Assembly (NCBI GenBank): GCA_001244265.2
Contig: LN717261.1
Coordinates: 806,001 to 870,000, forward strand
Direction of reading: 5' to 3'
DNA from: Microbotryum violaceum
Taxonomy: Eukaryota
Length of the DNA stretch: 64,000 nt
Under the pieces are notes generated by a model. That model worked only from the letters and a program-made list of their open reading frames with translations. It was not told the origin of the DNA and did not search any database. How positions within the stretch are numbered: position 1 is the stretch's first letter; the number at the start of each line of letters is the position of its first letter. A program made the position numbers and the translations under genes. This document shows positions 13,165-26,854 of this stretch, one piece after another.

Positions 13165-13569
13165 ATTCGTTACTTTTGATGGGCTCGTCTGTTCTGTATT
13201 CTTTGCCTCGTTCAGCTTGGGAGAGTCGTGGTGGCTTTGACACCACCACTCTCACTCTGCTTGCGTCCGTTCTCATCTTCTGTCCTTTCTCGTTTGTTTC
13301 CCTCTGTAATTGTGCTTCTGTTTATACACTAGAGATGGGTAGTTGCAAAAAAGGGTCATTTTCTTCGGGAATTGATCATCGAGCGAAGGGCATCGATAGT
13401 GCTCAGTCATAACACGGGTCAGGTTCGAGGAGATGGCTCATTTCATTGGGAGTCAAGAAGTCCAGGGTTTTGTTGTATGATTGTATACTACATATGAAAA
13501 GGAGATCCTAGGTGAAAGCTGATAAGAGTCAAGGGCGGTCGGGGACTTTTTTGACAAACCCTGATCCGC

Positions 13570-16134
13570 TCAGCGAGAGTAAGGCTGTTAGAGAAGATCG
13601 CAACTTCATCAGTGTCCTGACTACTACGTTACTCCATGCATGAAAAATTGATGGTTGGCTCACGTGGAACCCAGCCCCACGACCGGCATTCCTTTGAGGA
13701 CCGGTGCCATCAGTTGCAGCGCCCGCTGCACCCGCTGGTCCACCCGCAACGCCACCTGCTTGATGTCCTCCACGACCGCCCTAAACATAGTAAACCCTCG
13801 CGAGTCAGTCATTTTTTCTTAGAGGAAAGTGTAGATGGCTCTGAAAACAGACCGAGAACGCTCCCCTTGCCCCGCCTCTCATCCCACCCCTATGACCACC
13901 CCCCATCGCAACCCCGCCCCGCATAGGCGCCGCGAAGCTCCCCTCCCCACCCTGTCCAACAGGCGCTACCCCAGCCCCCATGCCACCCATGCCCATGCCC
14001 ATTCCCCCCATCGCAGGCATCCCGCCCATCGCAGGCACGCCCATCATCCCTCCCATGCCACCCATTCCTCCCATCCCCATCGTAGGATCGAATCCTGCGC
14101 CCATTCCCGGCATCATCATAGGATTCCAGGCGCCCCAACCCATTTGAGCGAAGAATTTGGACATGGCGTTAGGGTCGAAAGGGGCGTTCATATTGGGCAT
14201 ACCACCGACGGCTCCGGTGACACCGCCTAGAGCAGGGTTAGCTCCAAAGCCACCACCGGCTCCTGCGGGGCCGCCCATTCCGCCGCCACCGACACCACCT
14301 CCCATGAGGTTCATCCCTCCTGCGTGGGCGGCGGGGTTGTGGTGCGCTGCGTTCATGTGGCGCGTGTCGATTCCATAGTCGGGTCGTCGTTGTTCGCCTT
14401 TGGTTTGAGCTCGTTTGACCTCCAACTAAGAAAAGAACAGTGCACCAAGATCAAGATCCTTCCTTGAATTCTCGCCCGAAGCAGAACTAACTGACCAAAT
14501 TGCCATCCATGTAATGCGGTTGACTGTTTAAGACCTTCTCCGTACTTTCGCCCGATTCAAAGTTCACGAAACCGAACCCACGATGACGACCGGTTTCTTT
14601 ATCCATCATCAAGGTCGCGTCGGTGACGACGCCGAAGGGTTGCCAGAACGTACGGAAGGACTCGGGGGTGCAGGTTTGCGGGAGCAGACGGATGAAGAGT
14701 TTGTCGGATTTGGGGTTCGACGAACGCGGGACGGCGCGTTTGGGATCGATCTGCGATACGTTTAAGAAAAGAAGAAGAGCGAGGCGCTCAGTGCGAGTTG
14801 ACCCGGATCGAGCGTGGAAAGGGGAGCGAGCGCGCACCGTCTTTCCGTCCAAATAATGTTCCCCGTGCGCCAAGACCTTGTCCACCGCGGCCGTGGTCTC
14901 GTACGTCAAAAAGGCGAACCCACGCGAACGACCGGTCTCTTGATCACGCATGATGTTGGATTGGATGATGGGGCCGAATTGGGAAAAATACGTGCGGAGG
15001 GATTCTGAGCACATCGTCGGGTCGGGGTGAGTTGAGGGGGTCATGGATGAGTCGAGGTTGTGGGTGGGGTGCAAGGGGCTCACCCTCGTTGGTATCCCAG
15101 TTCAAACCACCAATGAACATCTTGCTGTATTGCTCGAAGAAGAGTCATGGGACAAAGACGACGAATACATACCGCCGGAGATCAGATGAATACAGCAGAG
15201 TGATTCAATGCGTTTGCGTGGGACAAAAGAGGGAAGAAGAACGCGTGAAAATTGATCAGCAACAACAAAGAAAGACAGAGGCCCTACCCGATAGATATTG
15301 TTTATGTATCGAAGACAAGGGAAGCGAGGACCTAGCGAGTTCCGGCTATAGAGTAGAGTAGACGTAGTAGCGGAACAAGTGCTGGTAGGGCAGACAGCTC
15401 CCTGAGACGACGATGGATAGGGTAGGGTAGGGTAGGGCAGCGTAGATCGAGAGGTAGACGATACGCCAACAAGGCCTAGGGCCGCTCGCAGCTCGTATAG
15501 GATATCTCGGGAGCGACAGAGGACAAGACGGTGCAAGGGTAGGATCCGTATGGGGGCGTCTGACGAACGCGTCAAGGACCGCTCGTCGTTGTCCTTCGCC
15601 CGTCTCGGTAAGTTGTGTTAACATCAAGTAGCAATAGAGTGATCACTTACCCTTCTTCAGTCGGATCAGGTCGGTGGTTGTTGTGCTGCGCCTGCTGAGG
15701 CTGTCCCATCATGGGGTTGGACACGCCCGCCGGTGCTCGGTTCTGTGCTTGCATAGCCATGCCGATGCCGATCGCTTGACCATGTTGTTGAAGCGCTTGG
15801 ATCGGGCCTCCTGAAGAAGCCGAAAAAGTAGGTTTCATATCCGCCGACGCGGAGGGTGTAGATGCAGTTACACCACCGGTAGGGGCGGTGTTGGGGGCGG
15901 GGCCAGGCGAGGTGGTTGCGGTGGTTGAACCGACAAGGACGACGGGCTTGGAATCTGGTTGCTCGTTGTCACCGTAGAGGTCGTCGTAGAGGTCGTCGTA
16001 GCCTGTGGGAAGCGGGCGTGTGTGCATCAGCGTCGGTCGCCCACGAGCGAGCGTCTCGTCTGCCACTAGAGCCACTGCGCCGCGTTGAGAGATGATTGCA
16101 CAGGGTGCCCAAACGTACCTTCTTGAGCTGCCAT
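13570..16134 (-). CDS. Two-RRM RNA-binding protein, HRP1/Musashi/hnRNP A-D type, with a Gly/Met-rich tail
   Basis: KMFIGGLNWDT, RSRGFAFLTY, IDPKRAVPR, RHRGFGFVNF, VEVKRA, C-terminal PYSR*. ATG at 16134 (MAAQE). Confidence 0.9.
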
Positions 16135-16343
16135 GATGTAGGAATGTAGGAGTAGATGGTGAGCGAGAGAGTGGGAGGAGTGGCAGGGGTGCAAGCACGA
16201 GCGACGGGTCGGCTAATAATGCGCTAAAATCTCATTTCTTTAGTATTTAGTGGTATTCTTCAATTTAGCTTTTTCTGGTCAGCGGTCAGCCGGTCAGCCC
16301 TAATTACTGATTAGCCTCTAAGGAACGTCAGGTTGGGCGCAAG

Positions 16344-17510
16344 TCGCCGGGGATCAAAAGTAATGACCACGGAGTCGCTCTTCCAAAGTATGGCAGTGTT
16401 GTTGAAAGGAGTGAAAAGAGCGGAGAGCTTTAAGGCTTGGCACTCCTGAGTCCACTGGGCCACCCTTTCGGGGGAAGGTCGGCCAGTTTCGCTCAGGAGA
16501 AAGACGTCGGCGTTATGGGAGCGGAGATTGGAGAAAAGAGAGGCACGCTTACGGTCTTCATTGATTGACTGTACGTTGGCAGCAACAAAAGACACGTTTG
16601 GGATTTTAGTTGTGCTCATCATCTTGGTCCATAGCGTCTTCCACGTCCTTAGGAGGTGCTTCTTGGTCTTCGGCTTCTTCGTCGGCCTCGTCGTCGGTGT
16701 CGGTGTCATCGGGTCGGGCTTTGGGCGCGGCTGAGGGCAACGGCGTGGGCGAAGACGGCTCGGGGCTCGGCTCGGAGGCTTCGAGGGCAGGCGCAGTGGG
16801 GAGGGGCTTCACGAGTGGCTGGCTTGGAGAGGGCGGCAATCGACTTGGATCGAGTTATGATCGACTTTGGCGTGGCCGGAGGAGGGCTTGGGGATGGAGA
16901 GGTGGTCTCTGAGCTGGGGGACTCGGAGGATTTTTCAACGAGGGAGTAGGCAATTCCCTGATTGGAGGCAGGCTGGGGGGCAGGAGGAGTGGCAGTTTTG
17001 CAAGGGAAATTGAAGGAGAACTCGGGGCGGGCATTCTTCGACAGAGAATCGGGCTGAGCTCTGTTGGACAGATCTTCAGTCTGGGCAGCCAGATCCTGTT
17101 CCACTCGACGTTTTTTGGTCGTGCGGTCGTGGGCGGAGGCCGGGGAGATCGACTTGGACACGGCGGCGGGGGCGGCGGTGGTAACGGTGGAGGCTTGCGG
17201 GGCACGTGACGTGGGGGGTCCCTGGGGGCTCGACACATGACGGGCCGGGCAGTGCTGGGTGGCGTGCGAGGTGCTCGCGCAGGACTTGCACGCCGGGGCA
17301 ACGGGGCAATCCTTACGGACGTGAGCCGCGGAACGGCAGAAGACGCAGTGGCGCATGCCACCGGTGATCCTCAGTGGGATTCGCTCAGTGACACCGTCAC
17401 GAGCAATAGAAAGTGAGTCAGGGGGCAAAACATCTACATCCTTAAGGGCAAGGATAAAGTCGTACACCCCAGAGATGTGTTTCGTCTTTCCAATGTATTG
17501 GATGCTACGA
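16344..17510 (-). mobile_element. L1-like LINE fragment: ORF1 C-terminus and start of the ORF2 endonuclease
   Basis: Two CX2CX4HX4C knuckles (CVFCRSAAHVRKDC, CKSCASTSHATQHC), then AANVQSIN...DVFLLSETG (APE start). Truncated at both ends. Confidence 0.85.
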
Positions 17511-19200
17511 CGGAGGACCCTCGCGCCTTCGCCTTGGCCTTGACACGCGCGCCTTCGCCTCCGCAAGTCTCCACCGCGCCCCCCTGTCCCTCGAGCCTCG
17601 CCGCATGACGCTTGCGCCCAGCCTCACTCCTCGACCCATGTGCACCGTTGTCACCTCGTCCACATCTCGGTCAGTCTGCCCGTCGTTGCCAGCTTCGCCT
17701 GCTCTGCCATGCTCTCCACCACGCGCCTTTGCCTCTTGGCACCTTCGCCTCGGCGCCTTCGCAGCACCCCCTGTTACCCGAGCCTCGTCGCCTGATACAC
17801 ACGACCAGCCTCGCTCGATCGACCAATGTGCTCCTTAGTCAACACTTCCACATCCTGGTCCATCTGTCCGGCCGTTGCCTGCTTTGCTCTACACGCCTCC
17901 GCCGCGTTTCGCCTCGCCGCATCCGCGACAGCCTGTTCAACTCACGCTCGCGCGCCGCCGTCTCCACGCCGGGACTTAGTCGATCTACCTCTCCTGTCTT
18001 GCCGAACCGTTGCCTCCGGCTAGCTACCGCCAGCTTGTCATCACGGTCCTCATGTTCCATCGGCCATCAGAGCATCGCCCATCCATGACGACCGTCGTTC
18101 GCAACCTGGATATTGTCGCCCCGGATTGCCAGGCTCACCAACACTCGACCATGGTAGATAAGTTTCCCCTCGTGTCCGTTGTCCAACACAACCCCTCTCG
18201 AAGCCTCATGATGGCCCACTTGGAGTCTAGTCCTTGAAGCTTCGCAACGTGCCCGCCCAGTTGCCTTAGTACCTTTACGCGCTCCCTTGCTAGAACCTTG
18301 TCAGACTCGCGCGCTCTCGCGCCTCTCTCCCTCTTCTCTATCGTTTCACTCGCCTATTCAGACAGCTGAGATTCCATAGAGAACAGAGAACAGATCGCTC
18401 GGCTACAGCCAGAGTGCGTCCGCTCGCCTTGCGACTTCTCCACCTGGGAGTTCACTGCAACACCGTCCTGCCTTGCAACTCCTCGAAACGATCCGGCTCG
18501 TGCCGCCTCACGAATCACCAACGACCCCTGGTCACAACTTAACATCCTGACCACTCGCGCGAGTTGTAGCGGAATAGTGGTTCGAGTTGCAGCAAGACGA
18601 AGGACAACATTGGTGTAGGAGATGTTAAACAAATACCTCAAGCGGTGAAAACCCAGTCTTCTGGGGAAAACCGCAAGAAATTGATCTAAACGGAGGAGAG
18701 TCCGAACTTTTTGGTGATACACAGGGATGGTGGGCGGGATGACAATTGGGAGCTTTGCGACCCAAGCTTCTGGATGTCAGTCGGCTGCAACTGATGATGG
18801 AGCAAGTCCACTGATCGTCTCAGCATACCTTTGCGACAAAGGCAAGACACTGTATAAAGACAGTTGGGGCGCGGTTGGTGCAAAGGACGGCAAAGGGTAT
18901 GCTGAGAGATATGCGATTTAGCTCGTTGCCCAACAAGGGCCCGGAGCAAAATGCTCCCACAAAGAATTTGCAGGGATCCAAGTGCAAAGTACACCGTGCA
19001 ACAAGCTTGGGTGTATCGAAGCACTTACCCCGAGCTACTCTAAGCGAGCCACGTCGAGGGTTTCATACCGAGCTGCTAGCAGCTGTGAACGTCCGGCAAG
19101 ATGGAACTCGATCAGCGACCTCGTCAGCTGGGAGGTAGTCTTGGGAGTGAGGAACGCACCTGTCCCTACAGGTGGTGAACGCAGCCATAGAAGCTGGTAA

Positions 19201-19400
19201 GGGAACGTCGACAACGCAGTGAAGGCCCGAAAGGGAACGTGCGTTGCGAGTACCGCCCGTGAGCTCGCGTGTGGGAAGCACAGCTATAGCATCCACTGGG
19301 GGAAACGTCGACAACGCAGTGAAGGCTCAAAGGGGAACGTGCGTTGCGAGTACCGCCCGTGAGCCCGCGTGTGTGGGAAACACAGCTATAGCATCCACGG
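19201..19400. repeat. Two ~100-bp tandem copies in an unclassified repeat-like region (~17.5-19.75 kb)
   Basis: Unit gggaacgtcgacaacgcagtgaaggc...cacagctatagcatccac starts at 19201 and 19301. tttgcgaggcgtagcgc occurs at ~19490 and ~19576. Confidence 0.85.
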
Positions 19401-19749
19401 GGGAGAGAGGGTCCGTGCGCGCGAGCCTGAATCGGCGCGTCGAATCCTTGCAGCAAAAGCCGAAAAGACCATCAAGGACGAAGGATCGCTTTGCGAGGCG
19501 TAGCGCGATGGAGATTCAGTAAGACAGAGCAACTAAGACAAAGACAGTAGCCCCAGCCTAGTAATATGGCATACCTTTGCGAGGCGTAGCGCAAGCGTCA
19601 AATAGAAGATTTGGGGGTTGGCAGTCTCGGCGAAGGTTATCCTATAGGGTGCTACGTGTTAGTTTGGGCGCGCCCAACTAGGACGCTCCTGAAAGACAGA
19701 CGATGGGTCGTACAGAGGTGAATCGCGGAGACCACTTGAACGAGTTTCT

Positions 19750-22700
19750 TTATTTATTTATTTAACTGGGGCACATAAATTGCAATCCTTCGGGTTGGCT
19801 GGGACCGCTACAAAAAGAGCTAAAGGAGGTTATAAAGCAACGACGGCAAGCAGTTGGGTGAAAGTCAAACCCCTGCGCGCAAAGAGCGCTGCGCAGATCA
19901 AAACCCGCCGAGCACCTAACGCGGACTCCAACGGGCGGTGAATACTGCCGCCGCTTCACGTCCCAAAAGCGGGAGCGAAGATACTCGAAAACCAGGCAAG
20001 AGCGCCTAGAGAAAGAAGGGGGAGAATATACAGAAAGTCACGACTGGAAACACGGAGAACCAGGAATACTAAGGCAGAAAGGAGGGGAACACACCCGAGG
20101 GGCCCAGGGAGGGGGTCGAAGCCGGAGGTAGAGGTCCCCAGGGACTAACAGGCCGCAGCCAAGCCCCAGCTACTCGTCACCCCGACAGCGCCTGATGTCC
20201 TCCCTTGGCTGAATCTCGAGTGCTGGCTGTTGAGCCGTCGGGGCCGAGAGAAAAGCGATCCAGTACAACGAAACGAGCCTCGCCTTGACGCGAGGATATT
20301 GACCAGAAACGAGCGACCTTCCTTCCCGAGCCATGCCGTAGATCTTGACCAACGCGAACGAACGAACCATTCAACGGAGTCCAACACACGGCTTAGTAGT
20401 AAAAGGAGAAGTGGCTGAAGCGTAGTCAACAACCGAGCAACAGGAACGAGAAGAGGAAGGGAAGGGAAAAAAGGGGGGAAAGGAGAGGGAAAAACTTCAC
20501 AAAGCCTGGAAAAACTTCACAAAGCCTCCAACGCAAAGACAATCGACCTGGCTTGCCGATCCATCCAAGAACAAAAAGCCGCTACTGCGCAAAGTGGAGA
20601 GAGAGAGGGAGAGGTGCGCAGCCTTCCATCGGTCATCACACCTCCCAATCTCGAGCCCCAGGCACAAAACCCGCTCGAGAGAGAAAATCTCGCTCGAACG
20701 CTCTGAGTGCACTGGGGAGCGAGGGAGGGGCCACGACCTTGTCCAGCTCGAACCGCTGATGAACGTGCCAGCGGAGCAGGTGCAGCCGCTGGAAGCCGAT
20801 CGCGCAGGCCAGCCGAACCCACATCCATCTCGAGGTCGTTCTCCCACGACCCCGCAAAAGGGGAGCCCCATAGTCAGCTGCTCCGGAGTGAACGTCGACG
20901 GATCGACGTCGGTATCCTCGATGCCCAGCTTGTCGAACAGAATGCGAAGCACCCCACCCCAGAAGCTGGTCGAGTACGCGCACTCGAAGAAGTAGTGCGA
21001 CACCGTCTCGATGACCGCTGCATCGTTGCCGCAGAACAGACACGTCGGCGAAGAGGCATGACCCTGAGTACGCTGCCTCTTGCGCGTCGGCGTCACGTCG
21101 TACATGAGCCGCCAGTGGGTGTCCTGCTCCACAGCAGACGCAAACCGGTCATGGAAGCCATCTCCAGAAGCGCTTCCTATCGCTCTGAGAAGTCCCATCA
21201 CGGAAACGCTTGACACGATCCTCCCTCCCTGGGAACCGAACCACGTTCACAAGCCGACGAAGCTTGCGAATAGTGAACGGTCGGGTGAGCCCAAAGAAGT
21301 TGAAGCACCGAGGACGGGGAGCCTCCTTGAGAGGTATCCGAGCAGGTCGCAACGCGGTCTTGGGCAGCAAGGCTTTCGCCTTGAGCAACTGACCACGCGC
21401 GACCACACGTGCTCGTGCTGTAGGGCGGGTTCCTTAGAGTGCTGCCAGAACCCGCGTCGATGACCAACCAGAGCCCAGCCCTTCCCTTCGTCCCTCCAGT
21501 ACAGGTCCGCGATCTGCGCAAACTTCGCCACTGCGTCCGCATCGTCATATGCGTGCTTGGCACCTTCAGCATAGAGTGAAGGGAGGCGAGGCGGAAGCGA
21601 GAGCAATTCGGGGAGCGTAAGGAGTTCGGACTTGATGGTTGGAACTGTGACCCTGGCAGCTGCAACGACTGCCCCCAGCGCGTCGAGTCGCGATACAGCT
21701 TCTCGACCCGAGCCGTGCTGCTGAAGAACCCCCACGGACTGAAATCGCGGGTCGCAGCGACGAGGGACCTCCAGCTCTCGCGAGCTAGGGGCGCCCAGAT
21801 CGCCTCATTCGAGCCCGCCACAGCATCCCAAAATCGAAGCGCCACCGAATGAACGATGTCGCCGATTGAAATCAAGCCCAAGCCACCGTCCTCCCGAGCC
21901 TGGAACACGAAATCGCGAGCGACGGCATTTCGCCCTGCTCCTCCCCAAACAAAATCCGTAAGTGCTGTCTCCGCCGCCTTAATGAACCATTGAGGCGGTA
22001 TGTCGAAGGACAGCACGTGGAGGACCGTCGAGATGATGTGAGCGTTGGCATAGAAGACCTTCCCACTCGGCGAAAGTGTCCGGTCTCCAGCGGCGCGGGT
22101 CTTGGCCTTGATCCTGTCAAGAACATGGGTCCAAAACAGTTTCGAGTCACCGTGGTAAAAGAAGGAATAGCCGCACCACTTGAAGCTACCCCCCTCCTGC
22201 ACCGTTGGCAGCGCCTGCGCAGTCTCGTCCCGAAGCCAGTTCGGTCCGAGTGGTAGCACCAGCGTCTTGTCCGTGTTGGTCTTCCCGTTGGTTGCCTCGT
22301 ACCACGTCTGCGACAGTGTTTGCAGCTTCGACAATGCCGCCGGTGACTCCACCACCACCACAGCATTGTCGGCAAACACCAGATGCGTAAGCTGCGCACG
22401 CGGCCCCCCTGGCCACACCTTCTGCAGGCCGAGCGCGATCCCGTGCCAAACGAGGGTGTCGAGGAAGGGCTGGAACGTGATGTTCCAAACCGGGCACGAG
22501 AGGGGATCCCGCTGACCGAGACCACACAGCAACCGCACCAAGTCCGTGGGGAACCCATTGATGAGGTAGCGCACCCCCAGAGTCTCGGGATCGTACAAAG
22601 CGCGCAGCAGGGAAATGAAACGCTCACCAAAGCCAAAGGCCTCGAAGACGTCAAAGATCCATGCGTGATCGACCCGATCGTACGCGCTCTGCTGATCCAA

Positions 22701-25700
22701 GGACAAGAGGGCGCCCTCGGGGAAAACTTCAGTGCCTAGCGACTTGAGTTTTTCGAGAAGGAGAGTGAGATGACTTCCCGCGTCTGCTGAACGTCTTGAT
22801 GGCATGAACCCGTGTTGCGCCGGCGGCAAAAGCTCGCCGAGCACCCCATTGAGTCGCGCCACCAAGACCTTGCTGAGGACCTTGTAGGTCGTCTCGCGCA
22901 GTGTGATCGGTCGGTATGCCCCCAGTGATTTCAGATTGGGCCCCGGTTTATTCTTGGGCAAGAGCCGCACCAGCCCCTCTGCCAAGGACACTGTCATTTT
23001 GCCGCCCTCCCACTCGAGTTAAACAAGTCCAACAGTTTGGGAGCAAAGTAGGTTGGCAGCGCCTTGAAGAGCTCCTACGGAATGCCCGAGGGCCCCGGTG
23101 ATCGCCCCGAATCCGTCTTCTTCAACCTCGAGGAGGGGGAAGGGCTCGTCAAGCGCCACTCTCGCTTGACGAGGCAGCCGACGACCGAACGTAGGGTCCG
23201 AGCGGTGGTCATCGTAGCATTTTGCTGCGCAAATAGGGTCGAGCAGGGACCAACGTGCGTTTGTCGGGTCGCCACGAGCTGGGTCCGGCATGAAGAGCGA
23301 CTGCGCGTGCCGTGAAGCAATACCCAGCGCCTCCTGCATGTCAACGGTCTCGGTGCCATCCACATCCTCCAGCGAGATGATGCTCGTCTGGTGACTCCGG
23401 CGGTTGAGACGCATGCGAATGCTTGCCGATTGACCTTCCCTCGAGTCGACTGACGGCACATGCGCACGGATGCGCAGCCACTGAGCCTCCTTTACCGCCA
23501 ACTGGTCCAACCGCGACTTGGCAAAAGCATACGCATCGCGCTCGGTCTCATTCATGTGCTCACCGCGTGCCTCCAAAGCCTCCATGACGGATTGACTCTT
23601 GGCCCGCAGTCAGCGCATGTTGGCACAAGTCGAGCGGTATTGTGCATGGCCAGTGACTGCAACCGCCCGCAGAGCGGCGTCATAGACGTCGCCGAGCGGA
23701 GCAGTCCCCTCAAGCCTTTGATAGACCTTGTCGACGACCCCGGGAATTGATGCGACAAAGTCTTGATTGTCAAAGACTGTTGGGTTAAGCCTCGAAATGA
23801 AATCGCTCGTAGAGGGAAGAGAAAGGGGGGGTTCGGCATCAGCGTTCGATGTAGGCAATGCGAAAGTCGCAACTACAGGTCTGTGGTCCGAACAGGGCGC
23901 GTCGAAGAGCGTAGAAGCGCTCAACAACCAGTTTGCCCAACTGCATTGGACAAGAATATAGTCAATCCGCGACCACGAGCAAATCTTTTGCTCCTCCCCT
24001 CTACCACGGTAGTGAGGACGAGTGAATGCGGGGGTGCAAGAATGGACATGTCGGACCGTGTTGAGTGCCTTGAACGCGATCTTTGACAGCAAGGTCTGCC
24101 AGTGCAATACAGGAGTCCAAGCGTGATCGGTGATGGACACTTGGTCGACCGATACATCCGGACAATCATTGAGATCGCCGGCCAAGATCCGAAGAGTCCT
24201 GGGTCTCGGGGCGTTGAAATGCAGGAGCCCAAAAAAGTTGCGACAATTGTCCTCCTGTACCAGCGCGTACATGTTGATGATCTCAACATTGAGCTCCTCA
24301 AGACAAAACACCGAGCGCAGAAGCCGACCGTCGAAACGAGGAGCGCCTGCAAAGACGACCGGGGTAGAGGAAAGGAGATGGCCCGCCAAAGGTGAGCCAT
24401 TGGGTATGAGGGTAAGGACATGAGGTGTGAAACGAACACAATCTCCTAACCAAGCACTCTCGAAGCCTTCGCGCAACACGTTGTAGCTGAGGTGGTGCTC
24501 TTGCAGGAGAATGGCCGCAGGGGCCGGCCGAAGGGTTCTGAGATAGCGGATGATTTTGACTTGGTTGACTGCGTTCTTGATCGATTGGACGTTAAACGTC
24601 AACACGGTGAGGGACTCAATCATGATTAAATCAGATCAGCGCCGCCCCCTTCGAATTTGGGCACCTCGGACCTGTAACCCCCGGAACTGTTGCCCCCTGA
24701 TGCACCGTGGATCATGGCGGATCCCGCCCGGGTGACACATTGGTTGCCGGGTGCCGAGGCCAAACGGATTGTCGACGGGCGCAGAGGACTCGTCGAGGCC
24801 GGGGTCGCGTTCGAGGTCGAGGTCGAGGTTGGCAAAGATCCCGACGTGCCACCGGACGAAGGCGAAGTCGGCGTCGATCCCGTAGTTGAGGTCGAGGCTG
24901 GGGTCGAAACGGACGCCGCCGTCGTCGTCTGCGTCTCGGCGCCGAGTCGAGCGGTGGCGTGTGTCATGGTGGCGCCTCGAGTGTTGTCCCCCTCCGGTTC
25001 GGTGGAAGTGGTCGATGCGGAGTTGTCCGAGTTGCGGGTCGCTGGGTCTTCGGGGTTAGCACGAGGTCCCAATTCAATCATGTTCGTACCAGAGGCACGA
25101 GAGGCCAATACAGTGTGCCCACCGTGCTTTCCGTTCTTTCCGGCAACTCGGAAGCCGGTCGTTGAAGTCGAAGTCGAAGCCCCTGGAACAGGGGCGGCGG
25201 AGGCCGTAGTCGAAACCGGCTTCCTGCAAGCGCCCCACTGGTGACCGGCGCGATCGCAAAGTGCGCAGTAGTGCGTCTCGAATTCGTGCCGCAAGCCATA
25301 CTTGACGCCCAGGATCTCGATTTCTTGCGGCAAGGCAGCGTTGAGCGCAGCCTTCTGCGTCTCGGCGGAACCTTGGATCAGCCCGTAGGCGAAGGTACGC
25401 GCAGTGGAACCCGTCTTCGGTCATGGCCATCGGATCACCATTCGGATCGACCGCGAGTCCCCGCTGTAATTGCATGAGGGTATACCCTTGCGTGCGACCA
25501 GCGCGGCCGAAGGAGGAAGTGAGAGCATCATTGAGAGATTTTCGGAGCACGGACGCGGGAATCGTGCTGGAAGAGGAGGGTAAGGTGAATCGCACCTGGA
25601 CGACGTGGTTTAGGGGGGAAACGCTCGGGAGCTCGGTGACCATCTCTTTTCCGTGATAGGGGAATGGACCCGCTGCAGCGGCTTCGAGACAGGCCTGGTC

Positions 25701-26347
25701 GGATTCGAACACGAGCTCGTACATATGACGAGCAATCGGGAACCTCTTTGTTGCCTTCGTCACAATTGGGTTCAGCTTCACACATTTCGAGAAGAGCTTC
25801 TCGACCTCGGGGTCAAGCTCGGCGCCCTCGGGCCGCGCGAACATGAATGGCGTCTCGGCCAGCCCAAAGTGCTTGCGCAGCGCAGTCTGTACAAGGCCTC
25901 TTAAGGACCCAGTACCATCCATAATGACTCGGATCACGTTGGAGGCCGGCATCGCGTCGTTTCGTACCGCCCTTTGAGCAGCTCGTGCGAGAGCCGGCGC
26001 CTGCGAAGGCGGCTTGGAAGGGTCATACAACAGTACCATCAGCCGGCGGGTCGACTTGGAGGATGGTACGATGCCAAGGGCTTTGAAGACCTTCTGCATC
26101 GACTTCTCATGGTCCAATCAAGCCTGAGAAGCCTGGGCAAACCAGGCTGGAGGATTGACGGTTCCTCCGGCGACCGAATCACTCAATCGCATGTTGAGTG
26201 ATGCGTCACTCGTGCCAGTACCGGCCGACGGATCGTCGGGGGGCGCCGGGGGGTTGCCGGGGGGATCCGGCATCGCTTCTTGTTCCTTGTCCAGTTGTTC
26301 TTGGCGCAGCTGGCGGTACACTGAACACACTACAACACAAAACGTCA

Positions 26348-26352
<5 letters not shown>
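19750..26352 (-). mobile_element. Near full-length, inactivated L1/Tx1-clade LINE
   Basis: ORF1 ~26273-24626 has CALCDRAGHQWGAC, a stop and a frameshift. ORF2 from 24623 has APE (TFNVQSI, LLQEHH, AGDLND, SRIDYI, SDHRPV), RT ([26 protein letters not shown]), EDGGLGL and CLFC..ETVSHYFFEC. (TAAA)n tail at ~19750-19765; (CA)n beside the 5' end. Confidence 0.95.

Positions 26353-26379
<27 letters not shown>
26353..26379. repeat. (GT)n microsatellite
   Basis: About 13 GT units directly at the LINE 5' end. Confidence 0.95.
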
Positions 26380-26854
26380 ATTTGCACCTCAGGCAGGTTA
26401 AAAAGTAACCAGTCTTAGTAGGCGAACTGGGCCCGGTGGCACACCGCTACCGACGGGAGCAACTCGGCGCCGGGACAGGCCCGTCTACCTCTTCCAAGTC
26501 CGTTTAGACCACTACCTTGATCATATGACGACATGAGTAGTTCCAGCAGATAACAAGAAGTAAAGATTGGTTTCGAGTTGAATCAGTAACCGCACGTAAT
26601 TTTCTAAATGTTTAGACTCTAAGCGCCTGAGGCCGGGGCTCATGCTCATGGGCGGGTGTCCAGTCACGTGCTTGACGCGTTGTGAGATGAGGAACACGTC
26701 AAAGTGGCACGTAAGAAATCTGTCGCGCGTGCATGCAGGCGGCCGCTGCTTCCTGCAGACGTACTACCTCGATCGTCGCAGACTTGTCCCACCCGGAGCT
26801 CGTTTCTGCTGAGCTACTACACTTGTGTTCTCGTATTCATTCCGCTTAGTCACC

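Noticed and set aside
15417-15437. (TAGGG)4 as a telomeric repeat
   Set aside because: Short, intronic, and not TTAGGG.
19201-19400. CRISPR-like arrays (also 31000-31185)
   Set aside because: Contiguous tandem units without unique spacers, in eukaryotic DNA with no cas genes.
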